Source: an uncultured Planctomycetota bacterium (lineage in GTDB: Bacteria; Planctomycetota; Planctomycetia; Isosphaerales; Isosphaeraceae). Taken from it: a stretch of DNA of 64,000 bases. Under the pieces are notes generated by a model. The model had not been told where the DNA came from. It made no database searches and saw only the letters and a list, made by a program, of their open reading frames with translations. Positions 1 to 10,255 of the stretch are shown in pieces (position 1 is the first letter of the stretch; each line of letters starts with the position of its first letter). The stretch is from positions 1,568,001 to 1,632,000 of the forward strand of contig CAWGMQ010000005.1 of the NCBI GenBank assembly GCA_963823665.1, given 5' to 3'. Position numbers and translations under genes: made by a program.

Positions 1-2
1 AC

Positions 3-1355
3 ATGATCTTTCGCTGCGAGTCGCGGGTTCTGCCCGTCGAGGAGGAGGCGGGGTCCAGCGTGCTGGAGACGATCGGCGATCTCAGTTCTGGATACCTGGC
101 TGGGCGCACGCGGCGCCCCGCCGAAACGCTCAGGGCCGTGCTCAACGTGAATCGCTCACTCGGCGGCGGTGGTGAGCTCGATCGGGTTCTGGATCGCGCG
201 CTCTCGAGCCTGATGGAGTTGTTTCCCATCACCGAGTGCGGCGTGATCGTGACCGTCGAGCCGGACGGTCATCTGCCGGTACGTGCGATCCGGCATCGCA
301 GCGGCCCGCCACCGAAGCTCACGCTGAGCCGTACGATCCTCCACCAGGTCGTCGATCGGGGCGAGGCTGCCCTGATCCGAGACGTGGCGACCGACGAACG
401 ATTCCGGGGAAAGGGAAGCATCACCTCGCTCTTTCGCTCGGCGCTGTGCGTTCCTCTCCCTGGATCTGAAGGTAAGCCCGTCGGCATGGTGCAGCTCGGC
501 GTCCAGGAGGATCGACGAAATCGTTACGGCAGCGAGGACCTCGAGCTGCTGGCTGCACTCGCATTGCCGATGGCTGCCGCGGTGGAGAACGACCGGCTAC
601 TCCGCGAGCGTGCGCATTGGGCGGCCGCGCGGGAGATCCAGCGGGCGCTCTTGCCCCGCGAGCGGCCTGACGTGCCGAGATATTCGTTCTGGGAGTGCTA
701 TCGCCCCGCGCTCGAGGTCGGCGGAGACTCCTATGACTACATCCAGACCTGCCGCGAAGGGCAGGATGGCGACTTCCGGTGGGTCATTTCCGTGGGGGAT
801 GTTTCGGGCAAGGGCATGCCTGCGGCCCTGCTCTCGGCGGCGGTGCGCCCCGAAGTTCGTCATGCGGTCCGAGGCGGGGGCTCGCCGGCCGAGGTGCTCA
901 TGGATGTCAACCGGCACCTCTGCAACGGGGGCTTCGACGCGCGTTTTGTGACGATGATTCTGGCGGAACTGGAGCCGGCACGACATCGGATCAACCTGGC
1001 GAGTGCCGGGCATGAGACACCCCTGCTCCGCCGGGCGAACGGCACTGTCGTTCAACTGGAGCTACCCGGCAAGGGCTTGCCCCTTGGCGTCTCGGCCAAG
1101 GAAGCCTACGCGTCGACCTCGCTCGAGCTGGAGCCGGGCGACGTCCTGGTTCTTTACAGTGACGGATTGAAGGACGCCCTCGATCGGCACCGGAACCCAT
1201 TCGGCATGGCGCGAGTGCTGCAGACCCTGGGGCATGCCCCGGCCGTCAGTTCACTCGCGGGCGAGGCCTTGCTCGAGGCCGTCATGCGGCACTCTGAGGG
1301 AGTTGCATCATTTGACGATCTGACCATCGTTTGCGTCGGACGGGAGATGGCTTGA
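3..1355 (+). CDS. GAF + SpoIIE/PP2C-family Ser/Thr phosphatase (5' end truncated by the window edge, probably an FHA domain upstream)
   Basis: GAF segment 'SALCVPL..GMVQL', then PP2C motifs 'VGGDSYD', 'VGDVSGKG', 'LYSDGL', 'DDLTIV'. Confidence 0.9.
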   Translation: MIFRCESRVLPVEEEAGSSVLETIGDLSSGYLAGRTRRPAETLRAVLNVNRSLGGGGELDRVLDRALSSLMELFPITECGVIVTVEPDGHLPVRAIRHRSGPPPKLTLSRTILHQVVDRGEAALIRDVATDERFRGKGSITSLFRSALCVPLPGSEGKPVGMVQLGVQEDRRNRYGSEDLELLAALALPMAAAVENDRLLRERAHWAAAREIQRALLPRERPDVPRYSFWECYRPALEVGGDSYDYIQTCREGQDGDFRWVISVGDVSGKGMPAALLSAAVRPEVRHAVRGGGSPAEVLMDVNRHLCNGGFDARFVTMILAELEPARHRINLASAGHETPLLRRANGTVVQLELPGKGLPLGVSAKEAYASTSLELEPGDVLVLYSDGLKDALDRHRNPFGMARVLQTLGHAPAVSSLAGEALLEAVMRHSEGVASFDDLTIVCVGREMA

Positions 1356-1469
1356 TCGAATCGGCTTCGTGAAGCGAGCCTGAAGATCCCGGAGATTCGG
1401 CGGTGAAAACGGGATATGATGGGAGGACCCGGAAAGGCCAGATCGCGGCGAGCATGGCATGAGGCGACG

Positions 1470-2030
1470 ATGGGCAGACAGCTTGATCGATTGGATGCCA
1501 GCCTGACGAGTTTCATCGGCCGGCAGCACATGTTCTTCGTCGGGACGGCGCCGACATCCTCCGATGGGCACCTCAACATCTCTCCCAAGGGGCTGGACAC
1601 GTTCCGCATCTTGTCGCCCGAGACCGTTGCCTACCTTGACCTGACTGGAAGCGGGATCGAGACGGTGGCGCACCTCCGCGAGAATGGGCGGATCACCATC
1701 ATGTTCTGCGCATTCGAGGGGCGTCCGTTGATTTTGCGGCTGCACGGCCGGGGCCGCGTCGTCGAGCCAGGGGATCACGAGTGGGACGAATTGATCGCGA
1801 GATTCGATGAATATCCCGGTGTGCGCTCGGTGATCGTGGTGGAATTGGAGCGGGTTGCCGAATCGTGCGGGTATGCGGTGCCGCTGTACGAGTACCAGGG
1901 GGAGCGCAGCCAATTGATCGAGTACGCGGAACGCAAGGGGCCGGAGGAGCTGGCGCGGTACAGAGCGGAAAAGAATCGGGCGAGTATCGATGGGCTGGCG
2001 GGGTTGAGATCGGCTGGGGGCGAGGAGTGA
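1470..2030 (+). CDS. Pyridoxamine 5'-phosphate oxidase-family FMN-binding protein
   Basis: 'QHMFFVGTAP...NISPKG...YLDLTGSGIET..HLRENGRITIMFCAFEG', 'SCGYAVP'; ATG 1470 is the likely start. Confidence 0.85.
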   Translation: MGRQLDRLDASLTSFIGRQHMFFVGTAPTSSDGHLNISPKGLDTFRILSPETVAYLDLTGSGIETVAHLRENGRITIMFCAFEGRPLILRLHGRGRVVEPGDHEWDELIARFDEYPGVRSVIVVELERVAESCGYAVPLYEYQGERSQLIEYAERKGPEELARYRAEKNRASIDGLAGLRSAGGEE

Positions 2031-2247
2031 TGACGGATCGATGCTGATGGGCCGCGCGAGCCGGTCGCGGCACAATGATACCGAGCGTATCTGTCGTATG
2101 CAGGCCAGCCTACGCACGAACCGGGCTTTGACAGAACGGCGATTCAACATACACTGCTCGCCGAAGTGAGTGCCGGCGTACTGTGCCCGTACACCGAGAG
2201 CGAGTACGGCCGAAAGGTATTGACCAGCACGCTGAAGCCATACTGGC

Positions 2248-3135
2248 GTGGGAGGCCTTGCCATGATCTGCCCGAGTTCGATGGGCGTACGGCTCTGCAT
2301 GGCGATTATCGGTGCGCTGGGGAGCGAAGTGGAACAAGTTCCACAGGCGGTCCGGCCGGCCGGCGTGAGCGGCGCAGCGGGGACTATGGTCGTGGCGGGC
2401 AGTGCGATCGATCGGAGGCCGGAAGGGCCGGAGCTTGAGCGGATTCTTGAGCGGCTGGCGCTCCGGTCTCGAGAGGTCCGGTCTGTGCAGGTTCGGTTCA
2501 AGCTCACACACACGTCACGACTGTGGGGCGAGACGGTCAAACGGGGCGAGGGCCGTCTGGTGCTTGATAAGGGCAAGTTCGGCGTGATGGACTTTGTTGA
2601 ATCCGATAAGTCTGGCGGCGAGCCACGGCGTTTCACGGACGTCTGGACGCGCGAATCGTTCAGTTTCGCGTGCTCAGCCGAGAAGTCCGCATTCACCGTT
2701 CCGCGCGAACACGACGACGGCGCCTGGATGCCACCCGATCTCAAGCTACCGTTCTTCTTCGATACGAATGTCGCGGAGATGGCGCAGGCGTATCGCTTCG
2801 CACTCGACAAGCCGGCGCGACAAAGTTACACGCTGCGGGTGACCCCAAGGGCGGCGGAAACTTGCGGCGCGTGGGCCCGTGCCAGTTTGGTTCTCGACGG
2901 ATCGACGTTGCTTCCAATCGTCTTTCGACGGGAACAGGGCGATGGAGAAGTCGACGTCTATCGGGCACTGGAGATCAAAGTCAACGAGCCGATACCCGAC
3001 GATATCCGCGCGATTGCGGATGGATCTGCCTGGAAAGGATATACGCTCGAGGTTATCGGTCCAAAGCACTGGATGCGCCGATGGTTTCGATCCGATCGCG
3101 TCGATCGAGCGGAACCGGAGCGGGCGATCCGTTAG
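2248..3135 (+). CDS. Exported LolA-like / planctomycete TIGR03009-like protein
   Basis: Signal-like N-terminus, 'LERIL..L....VRSVQVRF', 'LPFFF', 'LVLDGSTLLP'; start uncertain. Confidence 0.45.
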   Translation: MGGLAMICPSSMGVRLCMAIIGALGSEVEQVPQAVRPAGVSGAAGTMVVAGSAIDRRPEGPELERILERLALRSREVRSVQVRFKLTHTSRLWGETVKRGEGRLVLDKGKFGVMDFVESDKSGGEPRRFTDVWTRESFSFACSAEKSAFTVPREHDDGAWMPPDLKLPFFFDTNVAEMAQAYRFALDKPARQSYTLRVTPRAAETCGAWARASLVLDGSTLLPIVFRREQGDGEVDVYRALEIKVNEPIPDDIRAIADGSAWKGYTLEVIGPKHWMRRWFRSDRVDRAEPERAIR

Positions 3136-3257
3136 AGGTGCGGCGATTGGAGCGGAGGATCGGGCTCACGGCCGAGGTTGGAGGACTTTCGTCCCGTCCG
3201 AACCACGGGCTCACGACCTTGGTCACTTGGTTTTTTCGTGTCGCGCTCTGGGGTATC

Positions 3258-3372
3258 GGGAGACCTTCGGTCAAGGGAAGGGCGGGGTCGGAGACCCGCG
3301 CTCAACGGCGACGGGTGGGGTCGCGGGGCCGCGCCCAATGCGGAAATACCTTCGCGGAGCGAAGGTCGACAT
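3258..3372. repeat. Cluster of REP-like interspersed palindromic elements
   Basis: 'ggagaccttcggtc..gggcggggtcggagacccgcg' and 'ccttcgcggagcgaagg' between convergent genes. Confidence 0.5.
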
Positions 3373-3426
3373 TGCGGGTGGGGAACGAGTTCCGCGGCTG
3401 ACGTTATGGGTTTCGGGCTCCAGCTT

Positions 3427-5697
3427 TCACTTGCTGGCGGCCTCCTGTTCGGCCACGAGCTTCTCGACTAGCTGATCGAGCGAATCGCCCAGCGCCTTCT
3501 TCGAGCGGATCTTGGCGGTGGCGTCGATGACATAGATTGTTGGATATCCTTGCACATGGTAGAGCTTGGCGATCGGTCCGGAGCCCGGGGAGCCGTCGTG
3601 CCAGTTGGGCCAGGTGACGCTTTTCTCTTCCATCACCTTGCGGGCGACGGCGGCATCAGCGTCGGTGTTGACGCCCAGCATCGCGAAAGGGCGGCCTTTC
3701 ATGCGTTCGACGAGCGCTTTTTCGCGGGGGATTTCGCGCATACAAGGGCCGCACCAGGTGCCCCAGAAGATGATCGCCACGACCTTGCCGCGGTAATCTG
3801 ATAACGCCAGGGGCTTGCCGTGGATGTCGGTGCCCTTGATCTGAGGCGCTGGTTTGCCGACGGCCAGGTTGTGCAAGTCGTCGAGCCGGGTTTCGGCCAC
3901 CTGGGCGAGCGCCCTTCGGCGGGCTAGCCGCTCCGCAATCTTGCGCAGGTCATCTTTCGTGATCGGCTGGCCGTTCCATTTTGGCTCGGGCTCTTTGAGC
4001 AGTGATTCGGCCCGCCGGTCGCGCGTGGTGATGTATGGCACGTCGGCGTAGTCTGCGATCACCTCCTGGTACAACCGCTCGGACTCAGCGCGGAGGTAGT
4101 CGGCATCGCACTGCTGCAAGTGCAAGAAGTAGGCGTACTCCCCGTCCGGCTGCTCCTGCTTCAGGTCGAAGATCTTGCCGTCCTCGCCGATCACGCCCAC
4201 ATGTGTGATCATTTGCCGGCCCTGCCGGCCGCGGGCTCCTCTGGCCATCACCGACTTGTGTTCGAGATACTGCGCCAGCGCCAAGCGGGCAAGTCCCTTC
4301 GATTCCCGACACTTCGCCGAGGTGTAGAAGCCCAGCAGAAGGTTGTCGCGGTAGAGGCTCGAGGTGTTGTCGAGGTCGAGGCCCACACGCACAGCGTCGG
4401 GGTCATCGCCGTGGTTGCGGAGGAGCCAGTTCGCCGCGACGGCGAATTCGCCACCGAATGGTCCGAGGTCGGCGCGGGTGGCCTGGCTGATGACCCAGAG
4501 CATGGCGTCTCGTAGAGCAGGATCTTTCGGCGAGGCCGCCCCGAGGTCGGCGATCCGGCGGACAATCGCGGGCAAGTCGGGCCGGACCTGGAGGGCCTTT
4601 TCGAGGTTCTCTTTGGGGATGTAGGAACCGCGGTAGAAGGAATGGAACTCGCGATCGGCGTTCTCGTACTCGGCCTTCATGCGATCGAGCTTCTCCGCAA
4701 GCGAGGGATCGGAAGTCTTGTTCGCGACCGGGGCCTTTGTTTCGGCCGCGGGTTTGAGATCCTGCGAGTGGGGCGCGGCGTTGGGCTTGTCACCGCCGGC
4801 GAGCGTCAGCCTGACCGCCGCGCCGGTCGTTGCGAGGCCTAGCGCGATGAATCCCGCGATCATCCAAGTTTGTCGCATGACCATTTGCCTTAACGTTAAT
4901 CCCGCGAGACGCGCGGCGGCCGCGGGTACTGTGCCCGCGACCGCCTGGCCGGCGGTCAATCTTACCGCCGCCGCGGTCGAGCTTTTGGCGAGGCCCGGCG
5001 GGACGGCCGCCCGCGACGTGGACTCGAGCGCCGCGACGAGTGCTCCGACCGCCGGCGCCAGGCCCCTACGGGTCAGGCCCGAGCGCAGGCGCTCCCTGGC
5101 CCGATGCAAGCGGCTCTGCACGGTGCCGAGGGGGCAACGGAGGCGGCGGGCGGCCTGTTCCTGGGGAAGCCCTTCCAGGTAGCAGAGGACCACGGCCGAT
5201 CGATAGCGGGCCGGTAGGTGAGCGATCTCGGCGTCAATTGCGGCGCGGAGGTCGGCCCGCTCGTATGGATCGAATGACGATGACGGATCGACCGGGTCGA
5301 GACCGTCGAGGTTTTCTGAAAGATGGTGCCGCCGGACCGCCGTCGCCGCGCGAGCCTGCCGGGCCACTCGCACGCTCACGCCATAGAGCCAGCGGCCGAG
5401 TGAATCGCCGGTTTCCAGCCGCAGGGCGTGGGCTTTGCGGGCGAGGACGAGGAAGACAGCCTGGAAGGCATCTTCGGCCGTGTGAGGGTCGCGCGTGACA
5501 CGGCGGCAGGTGCCGAGAACCAAGGGACCGTGGCGGTCGACAAGCGTGGCGAAGGCGGCCTCGGCCGAGGCATAGGCGCGGCCGGCGGCAAACGTCGCCA
5601 GCAGCTCGGCGTCGGACAGAGTCCCGAGCGCACCGTCGGCAAAAAGGATCGCCCAGTCATCGCGAACTGCTTTTGAGTAGGCTAACGTCACGGTCAC
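3427..5697 (-). CDS. ECF sigma factor fused via a TM segment to a C-terminal TlpA/redoxin domain
   Basis: Sigma2 'AEDAFQAVFLVL..KA', sigma4 'LCYLEGL..AA..L..PLGTVQSRL'; TM 'MIAGFIALGLATTGAAV'; 'FWGTWCGPC' thioredoxin motif. Confidence 0.9.
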   Translation of the reverse strand: MTVTLAYSKAVRDDWAILFADGALGTLSDAELLATFAAGRAYASAEAAFATLVDRHGPLVLGTCRRVTRDPHTAEDAFQAVFLVLARKAHALRLETGDSLGRWLYGVSVRVARQARAATAVRRHHLSENLDGLDPVDPSSSFDPYERADLRAAIDAEIAHLPARYRSAVVLCYLEGLPQEQAARRLRCPLGTVQSRLHRARERLRSGLTRRGLAPAVGALVAALESTSRAAVPPGLAKSSTAAAVRLTAGQAVAGTVPAAAARLAGLTLRQMVMRQTWMIAGFIALGLATTGAAVRLTLAGGDKPNAAPHSQDLKPAAETKAPVANKTSDPSLAEKLDRMKAEYENADREFHSFYRGSYIPKENLEKALQVRPDLPAIVRRIADLGAASPKDPALRDAMLWVISQATRADLGPFGGEFAVAANWLLRNHGDDPDAVRVGLDLDNTSSLYRDNLLLGFYTSAKCRESKGLARLALAQYLEHKSVMARGARGRQGRQMITHVGVIGEDGKIFDLKQEQPDGEYAYFLHLQQCDADYLRAESERLYQEVIADYADVPYITTRDRRAESLLKEPEPKWNGQPITKDDLRKIAERLARRRALAQVAETRLDDLHNLAVGKPAPQIKGTDIHGKPLALSDYRGKVVAIIFWGTWCGPCMREIPREKALVERMKGRPFAMLGVNTDADAAVARKVMEEKSVTWPNWHDGSPGSGPIAKLYHVQGYPTIYVIDATAKIRSKKALGDSLDQLVEKLVAEQEAASK

Positions 5698-5877
5698 TAC
5701 CCTTTCTGTGTCGTGTCTTCCTCATCCTAACTGAATATGCGTTGCCTGAACCGAGATCTTCCAAGATTCACGGAAGTTGCTGCCGGATTGGAAGTTGCTC
5801 GCCTGGCACATCCGCCAGTTCTGGCAATGCAGGACGTCGGAGTGACGAAGACTTGGTCGCTGGTCACGCACGACCGA

Positions 5878-7995
5878 TCACGTTTTTGCCGGGCTGGTGG
5901 CTGGTTGAGCAGGCCGTGTGGCGGTGGAGGTACCACTGCTCGGTTCGGGCCGGGTGCCCGAGAGGCGGATGTTCACGAGCTTGTTGAGAACGTCGAACCA
6001 GAAGGGAGCACCCATCGAAACTGCGAGGATCGAGATCAGCAGGCCGATGAACTTGGCGATTATCCTGGCATAATTGATTGAGTACGTTTTGTTGGCAGAG
6101 GGTTCGGCCTTGTGCCGTTCGACGACGGACCAGAGGTTCTCCAGCTCGGTCCGGGACCACCAGAGAGGCAGCTTGGTCGCGTCGAGAGCTTTCTTGTACT
6201 GTTCGGCCAGCTCGCCCGGTGCGCTGGCTTTCTTTTCGGATGCATTGCTGTCGATCGCCACGGCAGGCAGTGTTTTTCGTTGGTCTTTCATCTGGGCGGC
6301 ATTCTTGGGGGCGGGCGCGACGGGCTGGGTATTTTCTCCGACTTGATTCTGCGCCCTATCTTCCGTTCCCAAGGAAGCCTGGGCGCCGTCGGATGCATCG
6401 AGCATGGCGCGGGCTTCTTTCAGGGCGGCGTTGCGCATCTCGGAGCTGGACGAAAGATGGCCGACCAAGGAGACGGTGTCGACGTTGTTGATCGTGCAGA
6501 GGAAAAAGGCGATGACGACAAGGATGTACTGGGTATTGCGCTTGTACCAGCCTGAGGCGTGGTCCATCACGTCATTGAACCAGGACCCGACATTCTTTCG
6601 GAACGCGTCGAGATCTTCGCCGGCCTGGGTGAGGAAGGCAGAGAGGGCGGTCTTGATCGAGCTGTCGGCCATCATGGCGATGGTCTGGCCGGCGCGCTCG
6701 AGCGTGAGGAGATTCTGACCGAGGGCGTGGAGGGGACGGAGGGAGGCCTGGATCTCGCGTTCGAGGGCCGTCCGGAGCGAGTCGTCGGGAACGGCGGCGG
6801 CGGCAGCGAGCAGATCATTGATCCCCTTTTCGAGCAGGTTGACGGCGCCGAGCGCTTCGACTGCGCCGTTTTTTATTTCAGCGAGCGTGTTCATGACCGA
6901 CTGGATGGCGCGGTCGACGTTGTTCTTGGCGTCGCCGGCGGGGAGGCGGGTGGCGACTCCCTGGAGTATGGCGAGTGCCGAGCCGAAGCGATCCCAGAGG
7001 GATGTGGTTCCGCGCGACGCCGCGCCTGCGGCTGCGCCCTGGGAAAGCGAAACCCTCGACAAGGCGCGGATGGTGTTGTCATTGGTTAGCATATAAATGA
7101 TCACATCAATAAACGTGCGGTCGGGCATATACCTGGGCACATCGGCGAGAACAGTCAAGGCGCTGTCGAGGCCGCGCTTGGCAGTATCGACGGCCCTGGC
7201 CGCGCTGGTCGCTACTGCCGCGGCCGCGGTTGCGGCCTGTGCGGCTCTGGTTGCCTGATCGAGGACATGGCTGGCGCGGGCGGCGAGCTCGGATCGGGAA
7301 GGGACCGGCGGCGCAGGGGCCTGGGGCGCTTCCGGTGGGACAACCTGGGCGGCCGCCGGGGTGCGGCGAGCGGGCGGTTGCAGCGCGAAGCCGGCGGGCG
7401 TTTCTTGCCATTTCTTGACTTTCGCAAGCAGCTCGGCTGCAGTCGTTGCTTTCGCGGCTGCCTCCCTGGCCGCGATGGCCGAAGCGTCTGCGGCGCTGGC
7501 CGCTGCCGCGGCGGCGTCAACTGCCATCTGGAGATCTGGACTCGCCGTGGCGCCCGTTGTCGCGGGCCCTTTCTGGGCGACCTTGACATTTGCGGCGGCG
7601 GTTGTGGCGGCCGCAGCCGCATCGGTCGCCTTCGCGGCGGCCGCGCGGGCGTTGTCGGCCGCGGCAACCGCGGCGGCGGCAGCATTCCACTTGTTCCTTG
7701 CGAGGTCAAACTGTTCGACTTTCTGCTCGACTCGTTCGGCAGCGCTTTGAAACTGGGGCTTCCAATTCGTCGAGTTGAGCGCCTGGATCATCGGGTGCGC
7801 GATGAACAAGTTGAGCATCGTTCGCCCCTGGGGATCGTCGTTATCAAAGAGATTGAAGAGGATGTGTTTCAAGTGGTCGCTGCGGCGGTCGAGCACGCTC
7901 GAGATATACTCGGCTATGGCGGACGCGATCAGGCTGAAGACGAGGTAGACGAAGACCAGTCCGATCGCGGTTTCCAGAACTGTCGAGCCGAGCAT
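5878..7995 (-). CDS. Conserved hypothetical membrane protein with Ala-rich insert
   Basis: N-terminal TM 'LETAIGLVFVYLVFSLIAS', 'WFNDVMDHASGWYKR', C-terminal 'SMGAPFWFDVLNK'; ATG 7995. Confidence 0.75.
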   Translation of the reverse strand: MLGSTVLETAIGLVFVYLVFSLIASAIAEYISSVLDRRSDHLKHILFNLFDNDDPQGRTMLNLFIAHPMIQALNSTNWKPQFQSAAERVEQKVEQFDLARNKWNAAAAAVAAADNARAAAAKATDAAAAATTAAANVKVAQKGPATTGATASPDLQMAVDAAAAAASAADASAIAAREAAAKATTAAELLAKVKKWQETPAGFALQPPARRTPAAAQVVPPEAPQAPAPPVPSRSELAARASHVLDQATRAAQAATAAAAVATSAARAVDTAKRGLDSALTVLADVPRYMPDRTFIDVIIYMLTNDNTIRALSRVSLSQGAAAGAASRGTTSLWDRFGSALAILQGVATRLPAGDAKNNVDRAIQSVMNTLAEIKNGAVEALGAVNLLEKGINDLLAAAAAVPDDSLRTALEREIQASLRPLHALGQNLLTLERAGQTIAMMADSSIKTALSAFLTQAGEDLDAFRKNVGSWFNDVMDHASGWYKRNTQYILVVIAFFLCTINNVDTVSLVGHLSSSSEMRNAALKEARAMLDASDGAQASLGTEDRAQNQVGENTQPVAPAPKNAAQMKDQRKTLPAVAIDSNASEKKASAPGELAEQYKKALDATKLPLWWSRTELENLWSVVERHKAEPSANKTYSINYARIIAKFIGLLISILAVSMGAPFWFDVLNKLVNIRLSGTRPEPSSGTSTATRPAQPATSPAKT

Positions 7996-8171
7996 TGTGT
8001 TACCTGAGAAGTTGAGGGGCTGGAAAGCATGACAGCCCAAAAATGGGCGAGGCTCGAACGATGAGCAGACATGGACTGCCACGAAAGTGGAGAATTCTAA
8101 CGCCGCGAAAATACGAAAGAAAACAAAATCGTTCGCGTCCCTGCGCACGGGATGGTTGTCCAATCGCGGCC

Positions 8172-8798
8172 ATGAGTCGGTGGCAAACGCTTGCGCGGCT
8201 CGACGGGAGCCTCGCACTCCCGTCAACGCTTTCGGCGCCGGCCGGCGTGGAAGCACTTGAGCGGCACACCGCGGCTGAGATCGTCGCGATGGACAACGGG
8301 GCAACGGCCGCACCGACGGTCAGACGGTGGTCCTGGCTCGCCGATACGTACTGGTTCGTGCCGGTCAGGAATTTGCCTGCCGTGCTCTACAACAGCACAA
8401 CGGGGACTTTGCAATCAGTCAGGGATCAGACGGTCTATCGCATCGAGGCCTATTGGCTGGGCTATTTCTGGGGGGAAGCGGTCACTCAGCTCAATTCGTC
8501 GTCGCCAACCACTTCAACCACGGTTGGGTCCGTGACGCCTGAGGGCCGGGTGATGCTGACGTTCACTGAGGCGAGCAAGAATTCCAGCCCGTCGATTACC
8601 GAGGGATTCGGCGTGATGCAAAGGAAATTCGGCCAGTGGACCATGGAGAACCAGATGTTCACAGCGCCGAGTGAAACGCTTCAGATCGGGCACTGGGCGT
8701 ACATGGTGCAGACGCGGCCGGGGATGGCGAGCTGGAAGTCGCTGCCTTCGGTTGGCGAGTCAGTTCCTGCGTTCCTGAACCAAGGTGGCCGTTCTTGA
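8172..8798 (+). CDS. Hypothetical beta-rich protein
   Basis: Plausible composition ('TYWFVP', 'GYFWGE', 'HWAYMVQ'); start uncertain. Confidence 0.55.
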   Translation: MSRWQTLARLDGSLALPSTLSAPAGVEALERHTAAEIVAMDNGATAAPTVRRWSWLADTYWFVPVRNLPAVLYNSTTGTLQSVRDQTVYRIEAYWLGYFWGEAVTQLNSSSPTTSTTVGSVTPEGRVMLTFTEASKNSSPSITEGFGVMQRKFGQWTMENQMFTAPSETLQIGHWAYMVQTRPGMASWKSLPSVGESVPAFLNQGGRS

Positions 8799-8923
8799 TG
8801 GCTTTGCCCTGGAGCTGTGAAGAAACCTGGTGTGCTGTTGCCAGCGTGTTCGCGCGCTCGTAGTATCGCGTGACAACAGCCGTGAATCACGGCCAGATTC
8901 GCCATGCACGAGCGACCAGCACC

Positions 8924-10111
8924 ATGGCCAGCGTCACGACCGGACTGGAGAATTGCCTGGAATCGCCGCCCAAGGTGCTTCGGGATGCTGCGCGGTTTGG
9001 CGTGCTCACGAACCAGGCGTCGGTGAACAGGAATTTCGAGTACAGCTCGACGCTGCTTGCCCGCCGGTTTCCCGGACGGCTTGCTGCACTGTTCACGCCG
9101 CAGCACGGGTTCTGGGGTGAGCAGCAGGAGAACATGATCGAAACCGGGCACGGCCGAGACGCCGTGCTCGGCGTGCCGGTCTACAGCCTCTACAGTGAGA
9201 CCAGGAAGCCCACGCTGGCGATGCTCCAGGGACTGGAGTGCCTTGTCATCGATCTGCAGAACGTCGGCACGCGGATCTACACGTTCGCCTGGACGATGAT
9301 GGCGTGCCTCGAGGCGTGTGCTGGCGCGGGAATTCCTGTGGTCGTGCTCGACCGCCCGAATCCGCTCGGCGGCAATTCCGTCGAGGGGCCGCGCCTCGAC
9401 CTGCATTACGCCAGCTTCGTGGGCCGGGCGGCCATTCCCATGAGGCACGGGCTGACAATGGGCGAGCTGGCGCGGTGGCTCAATGCCCAGCACAACATCC
9501 GGGCTGACCTCAGCGTTGTGAAGATGAGCGGGTGGCTCCGGCTTATGCTCTGGCCCGAGACCGGGCGAACCTGGGTGCTGACATCGCCTAACCTGCCGCG
9601 CTGGGAGGGCTGCCTTGTCTATCCGGGGCAGGTGCTGCTCGAAGGGACCAATGTGTCCGAAGGCCGGGGCACGACCACGCCGTTCGAGGTTCTTGGCGCG
9701 CCATTTGTCGACCCGATGAAGCTGCTCGCGGCGCTTGAGCCGTACAAGTTAGCGGGACTGCGCCTGCGACCGGTCCGGTTCCTTCCGACGTTCCATAAAT
9801 GGCGGGATAAGAGCTGCGGCGGCTTATACCTTCATGTCACCGACCCGGCGACTTTCGAGCCGGTGCGCACGACGCTGGCGCTCATCACGACGATCCGCAG
9901 GCTGTGGCCGAGCGAATTCGCCTGGCGTGATCCACCCTACGAGTACGAGACGGTGAAGCGGCCGATCGACATCCTCTTCGGCAATTGCAGGTTCCGCGAG
10001 GCGCTCGAAAGAAGCGCGGTCCAGACGCCCGCCGAGCTTGACGATCCGCTCTTTCTCGATAAGGCCGCCTGGCGCAATGGAGTGGCGGAGCATCTGCTTT
10101 ACGGCGACTGA
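8924..10111 (+). CDS. DUF1343 / NamZ-like exo-beta-N-acetylmuramidase
   Basis: 'LFTPQHG', 'VYSLY', 'DLQNVGTRIYTF', 'VLDRPNP', 'RHGLTMGELA', 'SEGRGT..PFE'. Confidence 0.9.
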   Translation: MASVTTGLENCLESPPKVLRDAARFGVLTNQASVNRNFEYSSTLLARRFPGRLAALFTPQHGFWGEQQENMIETGHGRDAVLGVPVYSLYSETRKPTLAMLQGLECLVIDLQNVGTRIYTFAWTMMACLEACAGAGIPVVVLDRPNPLGGNSVEGPRLDLHYASFVGRAAIPMRHGLTMGELARWLNAQHNIRADLSVVKMSGWLRLMLWPETGRTWVLTSPNLPRWEGCLVYPGQVLLEGTNVSEGRGTTTPFEVLGAPFVDPMKLLAALEPYKLAGLRLRPVRFLPTFHKWRDKSCGGLYLHVTDPATFEPVRTTLALITTIRRLWPSEFAWRDPPYEYETVKRPIDILFGNCRFREALERSAVQTPAELDDPLFLDKAAWRNGVAEHLLYGD

Positions 10112-10255
10112 TCGTGCTAGAGCCCGAACCCAATTTCCTGGTAAGGCTCGCCGGGTTTGTGCGAGCTGATCTGGATGGTCAGCTTCCGGACCAGCGTCGT
10201 GAAGCGACAGAGACCGTGGTCAGGTGACGAGTTGGAAATCTTCGGGGAGGAATGA

